Counted from the stretch's first letter, positions 9,247 through 19,578 are shown. The stretch: DNA of 64,000 nt from Candidatus Marinacidobacterales bacterium (GCA_965219415.1 CBDCNP010000002.1:160001-224000), one strand, 5' to 3'. Translations and numbers: made by a program. The notes: a model not told the origin generated them from the sequence alone.

Positions 9247-11375
9247 CCAGACCCTACGCCGGCTCGAACGAGATGGTATCCCGCCACTTTGTTCCGGCCG
9301 GTTTCCTTGGCGAAATATAGAGCTCGGTCGGCGTTCTCGACCAGACTCTCTGCCGTCTCGGCATCGTCGGGCAGGAGCGCCCAGCCGACGCTCGCGGTGA
9401 CGCGATGCGAACCGCCCCCGGGATGAATCCGCGCCGAACCGATCGCTTTCCAGATGCGTTGAGCGAACTCCTGCGCACCGTCGTAGGTGGCGTGGGAGAG
9501 CAACACCACGAACTCCTCACCACCATAGCGTGCTAAGACGTCCCCCTTGCGTAAGGTCCCCTGAAGGACGTCGGCAATTTTTTTCAGCACCGCGTCACCC
9601 AAGGCATGCCCATATGTGTCGTTCAAGTCCTTGAAGTGGTCGATGTCCAAGAGCATCAATGCGATGCTGCTGGCGCCGCGGTCCGCACGCGACATCTCCC
9701 GCTCCAGAGCCTGCTGGAAGTAACGGCGATTGAAGAGACCGGTCAAGGCATCGGTGGCCGCCATTTGCTCCACTCGTCCGTAAACGCGCGCATTCTCTAG
9801 CGCAATCGCAGCCTGGTTGCAGAGAACGCGCACCAACCTCACTTCGTTCGAGGAAAACGGCCTTCGTTTGCGAGTGAGCAAGAGGGCACCGGAAACGCGA
9901 TTCTTGGCTAGAAGCGGCATGCCCAGGAAACCCGCTCCTAAATGGATGCCCTCGCCGGGGTATAAGACCGGCATCCCGGTGCGAAGCTGAAAGCGTATCG
10001 TCTGCGGCTCTTCCTGAGCTCTCAGGATCCAACCCGCCCAGGTGCGTGCACTCAAAGGAAACTGCGACCCTCGAACCTTTTGAGGATAGCCCTCCGCGAC
10101 CGGCACCGAGAAGGCATCTTCTCCCTCTTCGCACAGGCAGATCGCACAGGTCTCGAACTCGGTCACCTCGCCGCAGAAGCTCACGATCTCTTCGAGGGTT
10201 TGCTCTACCCGAAGTCCTTGCGCCAGCGACGCGCTCGCCTGGTAGAGCCGACGTAATTCGTTCGAGAGGATATCGAGCTCGGACAGGTGCCGGGTCGACG
10301 ACAGCCATTGGCGCATTTGTTCCGCAAACTCTCGGGCGAGCTGCTGGCGTCCTTCGTCGAAATGACCGGGCTCGTCGTGATCCATGACGAGGATCCATTG
10401 CGGTCCGTCGTGATCGCGAAAGGGAACGGCGATCAAAGAGTGAAGTTGTGGTTGCGCGGCGGGTCCGGATTTGTGGAAGTACCAAGGAAGAGAAGGTAGC
10501 GGCCGTCTCTTCTCCGTCATCGAAAGCACTCGCTCTTCACGGAGAACATCGCTCAGGAGACCTCCCACGAGAGAAACGCGTTGACCGGTCTTCTCCGCGG
10601 CCGGCCCCGATGCCAATCGAACAATGAACCCCGTCGTGCCGGGATCGGCTCGCAAGAGAAACGCACTGTACGACTCGGTCGTTTTCCGGACCAGTTCCAA
10701 GAGCGCACCCAATCGGCTATCGAGGGCCCGCACGTACTCCACCCGCCCGAGTCGTTTGCCCAGCTCCGAAAGAGGCGAGGTGGTCTCCACTTCCTCGTCC
10801 CGATCATCTCCCTCGTCTCGCTCGAGCTCTTGAAGTCCTTGATTGAGCCGCATGAGCTCTTCTTCTACTCGCCGTGACTTTCGTCGTTTGGTCCACTCTA
10901 GAAAACCAATCCCGGCCGCAGCGACAAAGGCCAAGCCGAGCAGACGAATCAAATCCAGGAGCCCGGCAGCGGGATGGACCGCCCAGTTCGAGATCTCCAA
11001 CAAGAAGACAACCCCGACCAGGGCGGCGACGGAGCGCGGCGAATAGGCAACCGCGGTGAAGCCCGCCAAAATGAGGTAGAGCGCCTGCCACGGTGAGTGG
11101 AGGCCGCCGGTGAGCTGAACCACGAAGTTCACGGCGATGGCCAAGACCGCCAAGAGCACGAACTCGTTCCATGCGCCGGTGCGTTTGGACGCGAAGCGAA
11201 GCGATGTAACCGCGAGACCGGTGAGGAGGAACACTAGGAACAAGGCGCGCCACAGTCCGCCACCGCTCCGGGGGTCGAGTAGTGTCCAAGATAGAGTCTG
11301 ATCCGAGAACAGACCGGCCGCCCCCAAAGCGAGGAGCGCCACCAGCATCGCTACGGTCAGTGTCGCTCGACGCAC
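9243..11375 (-). CDS. Membrane diguanylate cyclase with two GAF domains
   Basis: N-terminal TM segments, GAF-like segments, TDALTGLFNRR, DIDHFKDLND, RKGD I-site, GGEEF. Confidence 0.93.
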   Translation of the reverse strand: MRRATLTVAMLVALLALGAAGLFSDQTLSWTLLDPRSGGGLWRALFLVFLLTGLAVTSLRFASKRTGAWNEFVLLAVLAIAVNFVVQLTGGLHSPWQALYLILAGFTAVAYSPRSVAALVGVVFLLEISNWAVHPAAGLLDLIRLLGLAFVAAAGIGFLEWTKRRKSRRVEEELMRLNQGLQELERDEGDDRDEEVETTSPLSELGKRLGRVEYVRALDSRLGALLELVRKTTESYSAFLLRADPGTTGFIVRLASGPAAEKTGQRVSLVGGLLSDVLREERVLSMTEKRRPLPSLPWYFHKSGPAAQPQLHSLIAVPFRDHDGPQWILVMDHDEPGHFDEGRQQLAREFAEQMRQWLSSTRHLSELDILSNELRRLYQASASLAQGLRVEQTLEEIVSFCGEVTEFETCAICLCEEGEDAFSVPVAEGYPQKVRGSQFPLSARTWAGWILRAQEEPQTIRFQLRTGMPVLYPGEGIHLGAGFLGMPLLAKNRVSGALLLTRKRRPFSSNEVRLVRVLCNQAAIALENARVYGRVEQMAATDALTGLFNRRYFQQALEREMSRADRGASSIALMLLDIDHFKDLNDTYGHALGDAVLKKIADVLQGTLRKGDVLARYGGEEFVVLLSHATYDGAQEFAQRIWKAIGSARIHPGGGSHRVTASVGWALLPDDAETAESLVENADRALYFAKETGRNKVAGYHLVRAGVGSG

Positions 11376-11381
11376 GATCGC

Positions 11382-12200
11382 TCAGGACCTCCGCTCTCTA
11401 TCTGACGACGGCGCGGACACGGCATCTAAACAAAAGGATAGCGAGCTCGCCAAAGAGCGCGCGAGTCGATTGACGAGCGGTAGAGTGTCGAACGCCATCG
11501 CTCGTTCCACCTCCTCGCGAACTACCTCCGCATCATCCAACCGCAGAAAAAACGGGGGATAGCGATCCGCGAATGCGAAGAAACTCAAGAGAAGGTGTCC
11601 GGTTCGGAAGTTACCATGCTCAAACGGCGAGATTTCCAACAACCGCGCGAATGCGAGGGCCGCCCTTTCGGGAGAATGCATGCCTCGCCCGCTGTCGACG
11701 CTGAGCCAGTCGCAAAGATTCCCGATTTTGTCTGAAATGAGATCCGGGCGCGAAGGTGGAGAACCGGCGAACTGCGCCGGAGCCGGCTCCGTGCGATAGT
11801 CTCCGTTGGAGTCAGGGGTGGAGAGGCGATGGACCTCGCGGAGGAGACTCTCGGTCAGCTCAGGGGTCGACTCGGCCCTCTCCCGAATGGCGCCGAGCGC
11901 CCGGAGCTGCCCCCGAATGAGGTCGGCGCTGTCGCTCCGTCCCGGGTCCCCTTCGGTGCCCCCGGCCTGCACGTCCGCGATCGCTTGTCTCGCCACGGGT
12001 GCCCCGGTCAAACGAAGGGTCTCGAAAACACACTCTCCAAGCAGCTTTTCGAGGCTATCCGCAAATTTCTCTGGCCGCTCGGCGGCTCGGCGCAGCAGCG
12101 TGTCTCTTTGACGTCCCAAGGCAAGGCCGTGAGTATCGCTCCGATCGGGGTACAGCGGTAGGTTCTGCATGACGCCGCGGGTCCGCTCCAATTCAGTCAC
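11382..12200 (-). CDS. Fic-family protein with degenerate active site
   Basis: LLREVHR...GDYRT; ISPFEHGNFRTGH in place of HPFxxGNGRxxR. Confidence 0.75.
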   Translation of the reverse strand: MTELERTRGVMQNLPLYPDRSDTHGLALGRQRDTLLRRAAERPEKFADSLEKLLGECVFETLRLTGAPVARQAIADVQAGGTEGDPGRSDSADLIRGQLRALGAIRERAESTPELTESLLREVHRLSTPDSNGDYRTEPAPAQFAGSPPSRPDLISDKIGNLCDWLSVDSGRGMHSPERAALAFARLLEISPFEHGNFRTGHLLLSFFAFADRYPPFFLRLDDAEVVREEVERAMAFDTLPLVNRLARSLASSLSFCLDAVSAPSSDRERRS

Positions 12201-12448
12201 CGATACCGATTGCTTTGTCCGTGATTGTACCTCACAGTTGGCGCGGAAACCACACGGAGCAGGCGAGATAGGGGGATATTCGAGACGAGAGCCCGCCCGA
12301 GGCCGCGTCTTGCGACGGGATGAGGAAGGGATTGCGGAGTAGCCTGGCTTGGGTATTTAGCCAGTTAGTACATCTCTCGGTTAGGGCGACGAGCTCTCAT
12401 CCCGAATGAATCCTACGCCACGAACGATATCGAATTCTGTAAGGTGGC

Positions 12449-12770
12449 TCACGGAGCGACCGGAAACACGAGCAGCAGGTCTTCGAAGTGTTCGATCACG
12501 TGCAGGCGCTCGTCTTCCGCAACCTCTTCGTGCTCTAGCTAGCGTGTCACGCAACGACCTCGCAAAACATTGTGAGCCGTACCCGTAGAGCGGAACGTTC
12601 TTCCTCTCTACCGCGGTCAGGTGCTGCCGCGCCGGTTTCTTGCCGACCCCTCGCGCTTCGACGAGCTCCAGGAAGCGATCCGTCGCCTTTTCGTAGAAAA
12701 TGTTGTTCTCCCAAAGGGTGTCGTCGGTATCGATAATGAGCGTTTCGTCTTTGGCGGGCTTCAATTCCAA
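12449..12770 (-). pseudogene. Truncated/frameshifted HAD-family hydrolase
   Basis: N-terminal motif IIDTDDTLWENN and YGYG; frameshift near 12540; alternate frame (LEHEEVAEDERLHVIEHFEDLLLVFPVAP*) stops before HAD motifs II-IV. Confidence 0.65.
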
Positions 12771-12791
12771 TGTCTTTCCTCAGTAGTCTTG

Positions 12792-13646
12792 TCAGTGTTC
12801 CGGCTGGCCACCGTCGGATGGTTTTGCAGCCGCGTCGATCGCATTACGAGCCGCCTCGAAATGGCTTCCCATCTTGGCATGGGCTAGATCGGCGCGCGCT
12901 TCTTTGAGACGGCGCTCCATCTCGACCACGGCTTCCATCAACATGTCGGCGTTGCTCGAGAAGATGTCGTCCCAGATAGCGGCGGAGCTCCCCGCGAGGC
13001 GAGACAAGCTACGAAAGACGGGTCCACCGAGCTCGGTGCCTCGCTCGACCGACGCTGCCTGCTCGCACAGGACGAGAGCGAGGATCTGCGGTAACTGACT
13101 GACCACCGCGACCGCCCGATCATGTGTAGCGGCATCCACCGTAATCGGTTCGCCTCCCACCGCTCGAACGATCTCGCGGAGATCGGAGAGGCCTGATGAT
13201 TCATTGGACATCCTTGGGACGAGCGCCCAGGCCGCGCCTCGAAACAAATCGGGCTCGGCCGCCTGCAGTCCGGAGGTCGCCTTCCCCGCCATCGGGTGGC
13301 CTCCGACGAAGTTGACTTCGTCCGCGAGCGTTTCCGCGGCCGCCATGACGTTTCTCTTGGTGCTCCCCAAATCCGTCACCAAGGAGCCAGGTCGAAATGT
13401 CGACGCGAGCTCACCTATTTGTTCGACGATCGTCGCAACCTGGGCTCCCAAGACGACGACGTCGGCATCTCGAACCGCCCTTTCCGCGTCCACCTCCGTC
13501 TCGTCGACGAGCGAACGCCTACGAGCCTCTTCCAGGACGTCGGGTGCATCATTACCCACCAAGACCCAGTCCGGCCGAGCACGCTTCAACGCCATGGCCA
13601 GGGAGCCACCCATGAGCCCGAGTCCAACAAAGGCGACGCGCTTCAT
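12792..13646 (-). CDS. tyrA: Prephenate/arogenate dehydrogenase
   Basis: GLGLMGGS Rossmann motif, TDLGSTK, GGHPMAG, HDRAVAVVSQLPQ. Confidence 0.92.
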   Translation of the reverse strand: MKRVAFVGLGLMGGSLAMALKRARPDWVLVGNDAPDVLEEARRRSLVDETEVDAERAVRDADVVVLGAQVATIVEQIGELASTFRPGSLVTDLGSTKRNVMAAAETLADEVNFVGGHPMAGKATSGLQAAEPDLFRGAAWALVPRMSNESSGLSDLREIVRAVGGEPITVDAATHDRAVAVVSQLPQILALVLCEQAASVERGTELGGPVFRSLSRLAGSSAAIWDDIFSSNADMLMEAVVEMERRLKEARADLAHAKMGSHFEAARNAIDAAAKPSDGGQPEH

Positions 13647-13653
13647 CGATCCA

Positions 13654-14712
13654 TCATTCGGCGGGTCGACGCTCGCTCGAATGCTCCACCGGTGACGTCA
13701 CGGAACGTCCAATAGCGGTGGCGATGATGCGTATCTCTTCCATGAGCCCTTGGAATTGCTCGGGGTACAGAGATTGCGCGCCATCCGAGAGGGCCTGGTC
13801 CGGATGATTGTGGACTTCAATGAGTAGCCCGTCGGCACCGGCGGCCACCGCGGCGCGCGCCATCGGCACCACCTTTTCCCTTCGGCCGGTGCCGTGGCTC
13901 GGATCGACGATGATCGGCAAGTGCGAAAGTTTCTCGATGATAGGGATGGCAGATAGATCGAGTGTATTCCGGGTGTATCTTTCGAAGGTGCGAATACCTC
14001 GCTCGCAGAGGATCACCTGATGGTTGCCTCCAACCATCACATACTCTGCAGAGAGAAGCCATTCTTCGATGGTCGCGGAGAGGCCACGCTTGAGCAATAC
14101 CGGTTTGTCCACTTTCCCCAGTTCCTTGAGCATGATGAAGTTTTGCATGTTGCGGGCGCCCACCTGAAGAATGTCAACGTATTGGGCGACCAACGGGATG
14201 TGCGTCGTATCCATGACCTCGGAGATCATGAGCATCCCGTTCTCGTCCGCCGCCTCACGTAGGTACTTCAAGCCCTCTTCCCCCAGGCCCTGAAAACTAT
14301 AAGGCGACGTCCGCGGCTTGAAGGCTCCCCCCCGGAGGAAGGTCGCTCCCATTTCCCGCACGCTCGCCGCGATCTCCCTGATTTGATCGCGACTCTCGAC
14401 CGAGCACGGGCCGGCCATGGCCACGACCTCCTCCCCGCCGATGGTCACGTCCCCGATGCGCACGATGGTGTCTTCGCGTTTGAAGGTGCGCCCGGCGAGC
14501 TTGTAGGGCTCGCTGATCCGCACCACCTCCCGCACTCCCACTAGCACCTCGAGGTCGCGGGGGTCCGCCGCGGTTTTCGGAATACCGACAGCCCCTAGAA
14601 CCGTGCGCGTCTCACCGGTCGAACGATGGATGTCATAGCCCCATTCGGTCAGACGCTCGATGACGTTTTGGATGTCTTTCTCTTTAGCGCTGTGCTCCAT
14701 TATGATGACCAT
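13654..14712 (-). CDS. aroF: DAHP synthase, type I-beta, with N-terminal regulatory domain
   Basis: AGPCSVES, GGAFKPRTSPYSFQG, GARNMQNF, CERGIRTF, DPSHG. Confidence 0.95.
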   Translation of the reverse strand: MVIIMEHSAKEKDIQNVIERLTEWGYDIHRSTGETRTVLGAVGIPKTAADPRDLEVLVGVREVVRISEPYKLAGRTFKREDTIVRIGDVTIGGEEVVAMAGPCSVESRDQIREIAASVREMGATFLRGGAFKPRTSPYSFQGLGEEGLKYLREAADENGMLMISEVMDTTHIPLVAQYVDILQVGARNMQNFIMLKELGKVDKPVLLKRGLSATIEEWLLSAEYVMVGGNHQVILCERGIRTFERYTRNTLDLSAIPIIEKLSHLPIIVDPSHGTGRREKVVPMARAAVAAGADGLLIEVHNHPDQALSDGAQSLYPEQFQGLMEEIRIIATAIGRSVTSPVEHSSERRPAE

Positions 14713-14727
14713 GATCTTCCCTACCTC

Positions 14728-15102
14728 CTACTTCTTAACCTTCTTGCGGCTGGGCCTTTTCTTTTTTCGTGCGCGGGTAGGCCTCTTCGTTGGTTTACTT
14801 CCCTCCGGCCTGGGACCCGCACTGCAAACAACTCGCTCCGTGCTCCGCGACTCGTCGATGATCCGCTCGAATAGACGGCGAACCGACTCTTCGTTCAAGG
14901 GCCCATCGTTCGCACTCGTGACTCGCTTGAGGATCTGAACCTCGCGACTCGGCACGTAAATCTCCATATCGTGGGCTCGCTTGATCCAACCGATCTCGAT
15001 CGAGCAGTTCGCCCGCTCGTTCAACAGAACCAGCAGCCGGTCGTCTAGCGCATCGATCCGTTGGCGCCAACTGCCGACCGCAGCCTTGACTTTGCTTCCC
15101 AT
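14728..15102 (-). CDS. Chorismate mutase (AroQ type) with basic C-terminal tail
   Basis: RQRIDALDDRLLVLLNERA...IK...REVQIL...FERIIDESR; ATG at 15102 just after the hisIE stop. Confidence 0.9.
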   Translation of the reverse strand: MGSKVKAAVGSWRQRIDALDDRLLVLLNERANCSIEIGWIKRAHDMEIYVPSREVQILKRVTSANDGPLNEESVRRLFERIIDESRSTERVVCSAGPRPEGSKPTKRPTRARKKKRPSRKKVKK

Positions 15103-15104
15103 CT

Positions 15105-15743
15105 TCAACGCCTTCGCCGCTTCAGCTCTTGCCCCACAGCTGCCGGGGACACCCCGGCTTGCTCCCACAGCACCAGAAGGTGATAAAGAAGATCTGCCGA
15201 CTCTCGGCATAGCTCATCAGGGTCGTTGTTCTTTCCGGCGATGATCACTTCGGCCGCTTCTTCGCCGACCTTCTTCGCAATGCGGTCCACTCCCCCCTCG
15301 AAGAGGCGGGTGGTATAGGAGCCCTCGGGGCGCTTTTTCCGTCGGTCGCGAATCAGCGCCGCCAGCTCGCCTATCGTCTCCGAGAAAACCGTCTCACCCG
15401 GATTCTCAGAGTCGGACACCAATGGAGTGAAGAAGCAGCTGGTCTCCCCGGTGTGGCACGCCGGGCCCTCGAGCTGGACGCGCACCAGCAAAGAGTCCTG
15501 ATCACAATCGGCTATCACTTCGATCACCTTCATCACGTGACCCGACGTCGCTCCTTTTCGCCACAGCTCGTTACGACTTCGTGACCAAAAGTGCACCGCA
15601 CCGGTCTCGAGGGTCTCGTCGAGGCTTTCTTGGTTCATGCAAGCCACCATCAACACGCGGCCACTAGTAGCGTTTTGAACCACGGCGGGTATGAGCCCCT
15701 TGTCATCGAACTTAAGGCTTTCGACCTTGGTCTTTTTCGACAT
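15105..15743 (-). CDS. hisIE: Bifunctional phosphoribosyl-AMP cyclohydrolase/phosphoribosyl-ATP diphosphatase
   Basis: SRSRNELWRKGATSG, DCDQD, ACHTGETSCF, KKVGEEAAE, ADLLYH. Confidence 0.96.
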   Translation of the reverse strand: MSKKTKVESLKFDDKGLIPAVVQNATSGRVLMVACMNQESLDETLETGAVHFWSRSRNELWRKGATSGHVMKVIEVIADCDQDSLLVRVQLEGPACHTGETSCFFTPLVSDSENPGETVFSETIGELAALIRDRRKKRPEGSYTTRLFEGGVDRIAKKVGEEAAEVIIAGKNNDPDELCRESADLLYHLLVLWEQAGVSPAAVGQELKRRRR

Positions 15744-15750
15744 GAGTTGC

Positions 15751-16533
15751 TCAGTTTCTCGCGGATCGGGACGATCTGGTTAGGCGGACCGGAACCCCGC
15801 GCTCGGCCAAGAAATGTTTTGCCTCGCGAACGCGATAGGTCCCGAAATGAAAAACGGAAGCGGCGAGGACAGCGCTCGCCTTGCCTTCGGTCAGTGCTTC
15901 TTCCAGGTGTTCGAGCCTCCCGCAGCCCCCGGATGCGATGACCGGAATGGAGACCTCTTCAGCGATCGCGCGCGTGAGTGGTATGTCGTAGCCCTCCTCC
16001 GTGCCGTCACGATCCATGCTGGTCAGGAGAATCTCACCCGCCCCCAATTCCTCCGCCCGTTTCGCCCAGGCCACCGCATCGATCCCGGTAGCGGTGCGGC
16101 CTCCGTTGACGAACACTTCGAACCCACCGTTTCCGCGTTTTGCGTCGATGGCAAGCACCATGCACTGTTTCCCGAACCTCTGAGCGCCTTCATTGAGTAG
16201 CTCGGGCTCTTTCACCGCCGCGGTATTGATGGCGACCTTATCCGCTCCTGCTTCTAGAATGGATTTCATGTCATCCACTGTTCGAATGCCGCCCCCCACG
16301 GTAAAGGGGATGGTCAACGTGTCTGCCATCCGCTCCACCATGCGACGCTTTGTGGCCCGCTGCTCGTGGGAGGCGGTGATATCCAAGAAGACGAGCTCGT
16401 CGGCCTCTTCTTCGTCGTAACGCGACCCCGCCTCTACCGGATCACCAGCATCCACGATATCAACAAAACGTACGCCCTTGACCACGCGTCCCTGGTCGAC
16501 GTCCAAGCAAGGGATGATCCGCTTTGCCAGCAT
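15751..16533 (-). CDS. hisF: Imidazole glycerol phosphate synthase cyclase subunit
   Basis: [34 protein letters not shown]; true start 16533. Confidence 0.97.
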   Translation of the reverse strand: MLAKRIIPCLDVDQGRVVKGVRFVDIVDAGDPVEAGSRYDEEEADELVFLDITASHEQRATKRRMVERMADTLTIPFTVGGGIRTVDDMKSILEAGADKVAINTAAVKEPELLNEGAQRFGKQCMVLAIDAKRGNGGFEVFVNGGRTATGIDAVAWAKRAEELGAGEILLTSMDRDGTEEGYDIPLTRAIAEEVSIPVIASGGCGRLEHLEEALTEGKASAVLAASVFHFGTYRVREAKHFLAERGVPVRLTRSSRSARN

Positions 16534-16534
16534 G

Positions 16535-17266
16535 TCAACCCGAAACCGTTCCCGCTTCGATGGCGGCGGCCAATGTGAAGACTTTGTCGTAGAGCGCACG
16601 GCCGACGATGACCGCTTCCACCCCGTCTTCCCCTGCCGGCTGAAGACGACGGAGATCTTCCAGCGAGCCGATCCCACCCGAAGCGATGACCCGCGCCCCG
16701 GTTTCCTTCGCGAAGCGTTTGACCCCGTCCACGTTGGGTCCAGTGAGAACGCCGTCTCGCGAGATGTCGGTATAGATGAACCGGCTGGCGCCTCTATCCA
16801 CCCATTGCTTGCCGAGCTCGAGGGGTCCGAGCGCCGAGTCCTCTTCCCAACCGCGAATGGATACTTTGCCTTTCCGCACGTCGACCCCGATAGCGACCGC
16901 CTCCGGAGCAATCGCCAACGCCTGTTGCACGACCGACGGGGTTTCCACGGCCGCGGTGCCGAACACCGCCCGAGCTGCCCCCACCTGCATCAGCCATTCG
17001 AAGTCTGCGATGTCCCGAATCCCGCCTCCGACCTGAACCGAGGCTTGGACCGCGCTGAGTATTTCTTGAATGGCGGAGCGATTCCCCCGCTGGCGCTCGA
17101 AGGCGGCATCGAGATCAACGATGTGGAGCATCTCCGCTCCTTGCGCCTGCCAATCCCGAGCAACTTCCGCGGGATCGTCACCGTACACGGTTTCCGTTCC
17201 GCGCTCTCCGCGCACCAGACGCACACATCGTCCCCCTTCGATGTCGATCGCCGGGATGATGGTCAT
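16535..17266 (-). CDS. hisA: ProFAR isomerase
   Basis: [35 protein letters not shown]. Confidence 0.96.
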   Translation of the reverse strand: MTIIPAIDIEGGRCVRLVRGERGTETVYGDDPAEVARDWQAQGAEMLHIVDLDAAFERQRGNRSAIQEILSAVQASVQVGGGIRDIADFEWLMQVGAARAVFGTAAVETPSVVQQALAIAPEAVAIGVDVRKGKVSIRGWEEDSALGPLELGKQWVDRGASRFIYTDISRDGVLTGPNVDGVKRFAKETGARVIASGGIGSLEDLRRLQPAGEDGVEAVIVGRALYDKVFTLAAAIEAGTVSG

Positions 17267-17278
17267 TGTGTCACCGCG

Positions 17279-17887
17279 TCAGGCCCGCCAGTAGTTCGTC
17301 AGGACTTTGAGGCCAAGCTGCTGACTCTTCTCCGGATGAAACTGGATCCCTGCCACGCGATCTTTGCTGGCTACCGAACAAAACGACACATCGTAATCCG
17401 TCTCGGCCTTGACCGCGTCGTCCCCGTCCGGATCGACGTAGTACGAATGCAGAAAATAGAAATAGTCGCCAGTCTCGACCCCTTCGAGAAGCCGGGCCGT
17501 TCCGTGGAGCTCGAGTTGGTTCCACCCAATATGGGGGACGGGGCGTTCGGTTGAGAAACGACGGACCTGCCCTGGAAGCAAACCGAGCCCCGAGACACCG
17601 GGGGCTTCCTCGCTGGCATCGAAGAGCATCTGGAACCCGACACAGATGCCGAGCAGTGAAGCGCCCTCCTCGATAGCCTCCCTCAACGGAGCCTCAAGGT
17701 CGCGGTCTCGAAGATTTCGCATTGCCGCTCCGAAATGTCCTACACCTGGCAGGACTAGTTGCTTCGCACGACGGATTTCCTCGCATTCTGCCGAAAGCTT
17801 GCTCGGCGCCCCGATGCGCTCGAAGGCACGCGCGACGCTCCCCAGGTTCCCGACGCCGTAATCGACGACGATCAGATTCTCCGGCAT
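17279..17887 (-). CDS. hisH: Imidazole glycerol phosphate synthase glutaminase subunit
   Basis: DYGVGNLGS, LPGVG, GICVG, PHIGWN, QFHPEKS. Confidence 0.96.
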   Translation of the reverse strand: MPENLIVVDYGVGNLGSVARAFERIGAPSKLSAECEEIRRAKQLVLPGVGHFGAAMRNLRDRDLEAPLREAIEEGASLLGICVGFQMLFDASEEAPGVSGLGLLPGQVRRFSTERPVPHIGWNQLELHGTARLLEGVETGDYFYFLHSYYVDPDGDDAVKAETDYDVSFCSVASKDRVAGIQFHPEKSQQLGLKVLTNYWRA

Positions 17888-17890
17888 GGG

Positions 17891-18481
17891 CTAGTCCTTG
17901 AGTGTCCCTTTGGTCGAAGGGACTTCGGAACCACCAGTTCGGCGGACCGCTTCGCGAAGTGACCGTGCGAAACCCTTGAAGACGGTTTCGATGATGTGGT
18001 GGTTGTTGCCCCCGTGAAGCGATTCCACGTGGAGCGTCAATCGAGCGCGGTCGGAGAGAGCGCGAAAGAAGTCCTCGAAGAGCTCGGTTGGAAAGTCTCC
18101 TACCCGATCGGAGGTGAAGCGAACTCTCCAGCTCAGGTAGGGACGGCCCGAAAGGTCGACCACGACTCGAGCCAACGCCTCGTCGAGGGGAACGAAAGCG
18201 ATTCCGAAACGGTTGACCCCCGACTTGTCTCCCAGGGCTTCCTCCAAACAATCACCAAAGACCAGCCCGATGTCTTCCACCGTATGGTGGAAGTCCACGT
18301 GCAGATCGCCCTTCGCCTTGACCGAGAGATCGAGATTTCCGTGGTGGGCTAGCAGCTCCAACATGTGATCGAGAAAACCGATTCCGGTGGACACATCGGC
18401 CTTGCCGCTACCGTCCACGGTCAGCTGAACTTCGACCTCGGTCTCTTTGGTCGAGCGTTTCTTCTGCGCGATTCTATTCAT
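17891..18481 (-). CDS. hisB: Imidazoleglycerol-phosphate dehydratase
   Basis: TGIGFLDHML, DFHHTVED, NNHHIIE, PSTKG. Confidence 0.97.
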   Translation of the reverse strand: MNRIAQKKRSTKETEVEVQLTVDGSGKADVSTGIGFLDHMLELLAHHGNLDLSVKAKGDLHVDFHHTVEDIGLVFGDCLEEALGDKSGVNRFGIAFVPLDEALARVVVDLSGRPYLSWRVRFTSDRVGDFPTELFEDFFRALSDRARLTLHVESLHGGNNHHIIETVFKGFARSLREAVRRTGGSEVPSTKGTLKD

Positions 18482-19578
18482 TGAAGCTCCTCCACCGTCT
18501 CGCGAAGAGCACCTAGGAACTTGACGTTCTCATCGGGCCGGCCCACCGTCACCCTCAGGGCCCGGCTCAATCTGGGGTTCGAGCTCAAGTTACGAACCAA
18601 GACGCCTCGGGCGAGCAAACCGTCGAACACTTGCGTTGCCCCGGCGCTGCATTCGAATAGGATGAAGTTGGCCGCCGACGGATAGGGGTGAATGCCGTCC
18701 AAGTCGCGCAGCTTCCGATACAGCGCATCCCTTTCCTCCACGATCACGTTGGCTTGTTTCCGAATGAGCTCGTAATGATCACAGACCGCGAGCCCGACGG
18801 CGCGCGAAAAACCGTTCAGCGCGTACGGCAGTTGTGCTTTCTCTACCTCTTCCGCGAGCGCAGGCGCCGCGAGCAGGTAGCCAATCCGGAGGTCGGCGAG
18901 TCCCACGGCCTTCGAAAAAGTGCGCGACAAAGCCATGTGCGGATACCGGGGGAGGAGCTCCCTCGCAACCGAACCGCCGAACTCGAAATAGGCCTCGTCT
19001 ACCACCAAGAGACCTGGGCATTCCTTCGCGATTCGTTCGATTTCTGCCGCACTGAGCGTCGAGCCAGTGGGATTGTTGGGAGAGCACAAGAATACTAGCG
19101 CAGGTTGGTTCTCCTTTATCGCCCGGACGAAAGCATCGACGTCGTAGCGGTAATCCGGCCTCATTGGGACTTCCACCCTGTCCGCGCCCAGCATGCGGCT
19201 GACGTAGCCGTACAAGACGAAGGACGGAGTCGGGTAGACGACGCTTCGGCCCCGCTCGAGCGTCGAGAGGGCCAGCATATGGAGCAGCTCGTTCGAGCCG
19301 TTCCCCACCAAGACACCCTCGGCGGGCCAGTCATTGAGACTACCCAAGGCGCTCTTGAGCTCAGCCGCTTGTACGGGTGGGTATCGGTTCAGGGCAAGCT
19401 CGGACAGCGCGTCTCGAATGGCTCGTCCGAGGGCCTCGGGCGGATCATAGCTGCTCTCGTTTTGGTCGAGCTTGACCGATGCCGCGTGTGGCTCGAGTCG
19501 GTAGGCTCGGATCGAGCGAACCTCGGGTCGCAAACGGCCGAGAAGAGGCTCCGCCAGATCTCTTTCGCGGCTTGTCAT
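18478..19578 (-). CDS. hisC: Histidinol-phosphate aminotransferase
   Basis: KLDQNE, GNGSNE, CSPNNPTG, VDEAYFEF, RTFSKAVGLA. Confidence 0.95.
   Translation of the reverse strand: MTSRERDLAEPLLGRLRPEVRSIRAYRLEPHAASVKLDQNESSYDPPEALGRAIRDALSELALNRYPPVQAAELKSALGSLNDWPAEGVLVGNGSNELLHMLALSTLERGRSVVYPTPSFVLYGYVSRMLGADRVEVPMRPDYRYDVDAFVRAIKENQPALVFLCSPNNPTGSTLSAAEIERIAKECPGLLVVDEAYFEFGGSVARELLPRYPHMALSRTFSKAVGLADLRIGYLLAAPALAEEVEKAQLPYALNGFSRAVGLAVCDHYELIRKQANVIVEERDALYRKLRDLDGIHPYPSAANFILFECSAGATQVFDGLLARGVLVRNLSSNPRLSRALRVTVGRPDENVKFLGALRETVEELQ

Noticed and set aside
12376-12420. Pistol ribozyme or integron attC site (GGTTAGGG)
   Set aside because: No CCCUAA pseudoknot partner, no RYYYAAC inverse core and no integrase.
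16534-16911. N-terminal extension of HisF (386-aa call)
   Set aside because: Overlaps hisA in another frame; the canonical MLAKRIIP start is at 16533.
16478-17554. Long plus-strand ORF (358 aa) and similar shadow ORFs
   Set aside because: Antisense to hisA/hisH; typical GC-rich shadow frames with no motifs.
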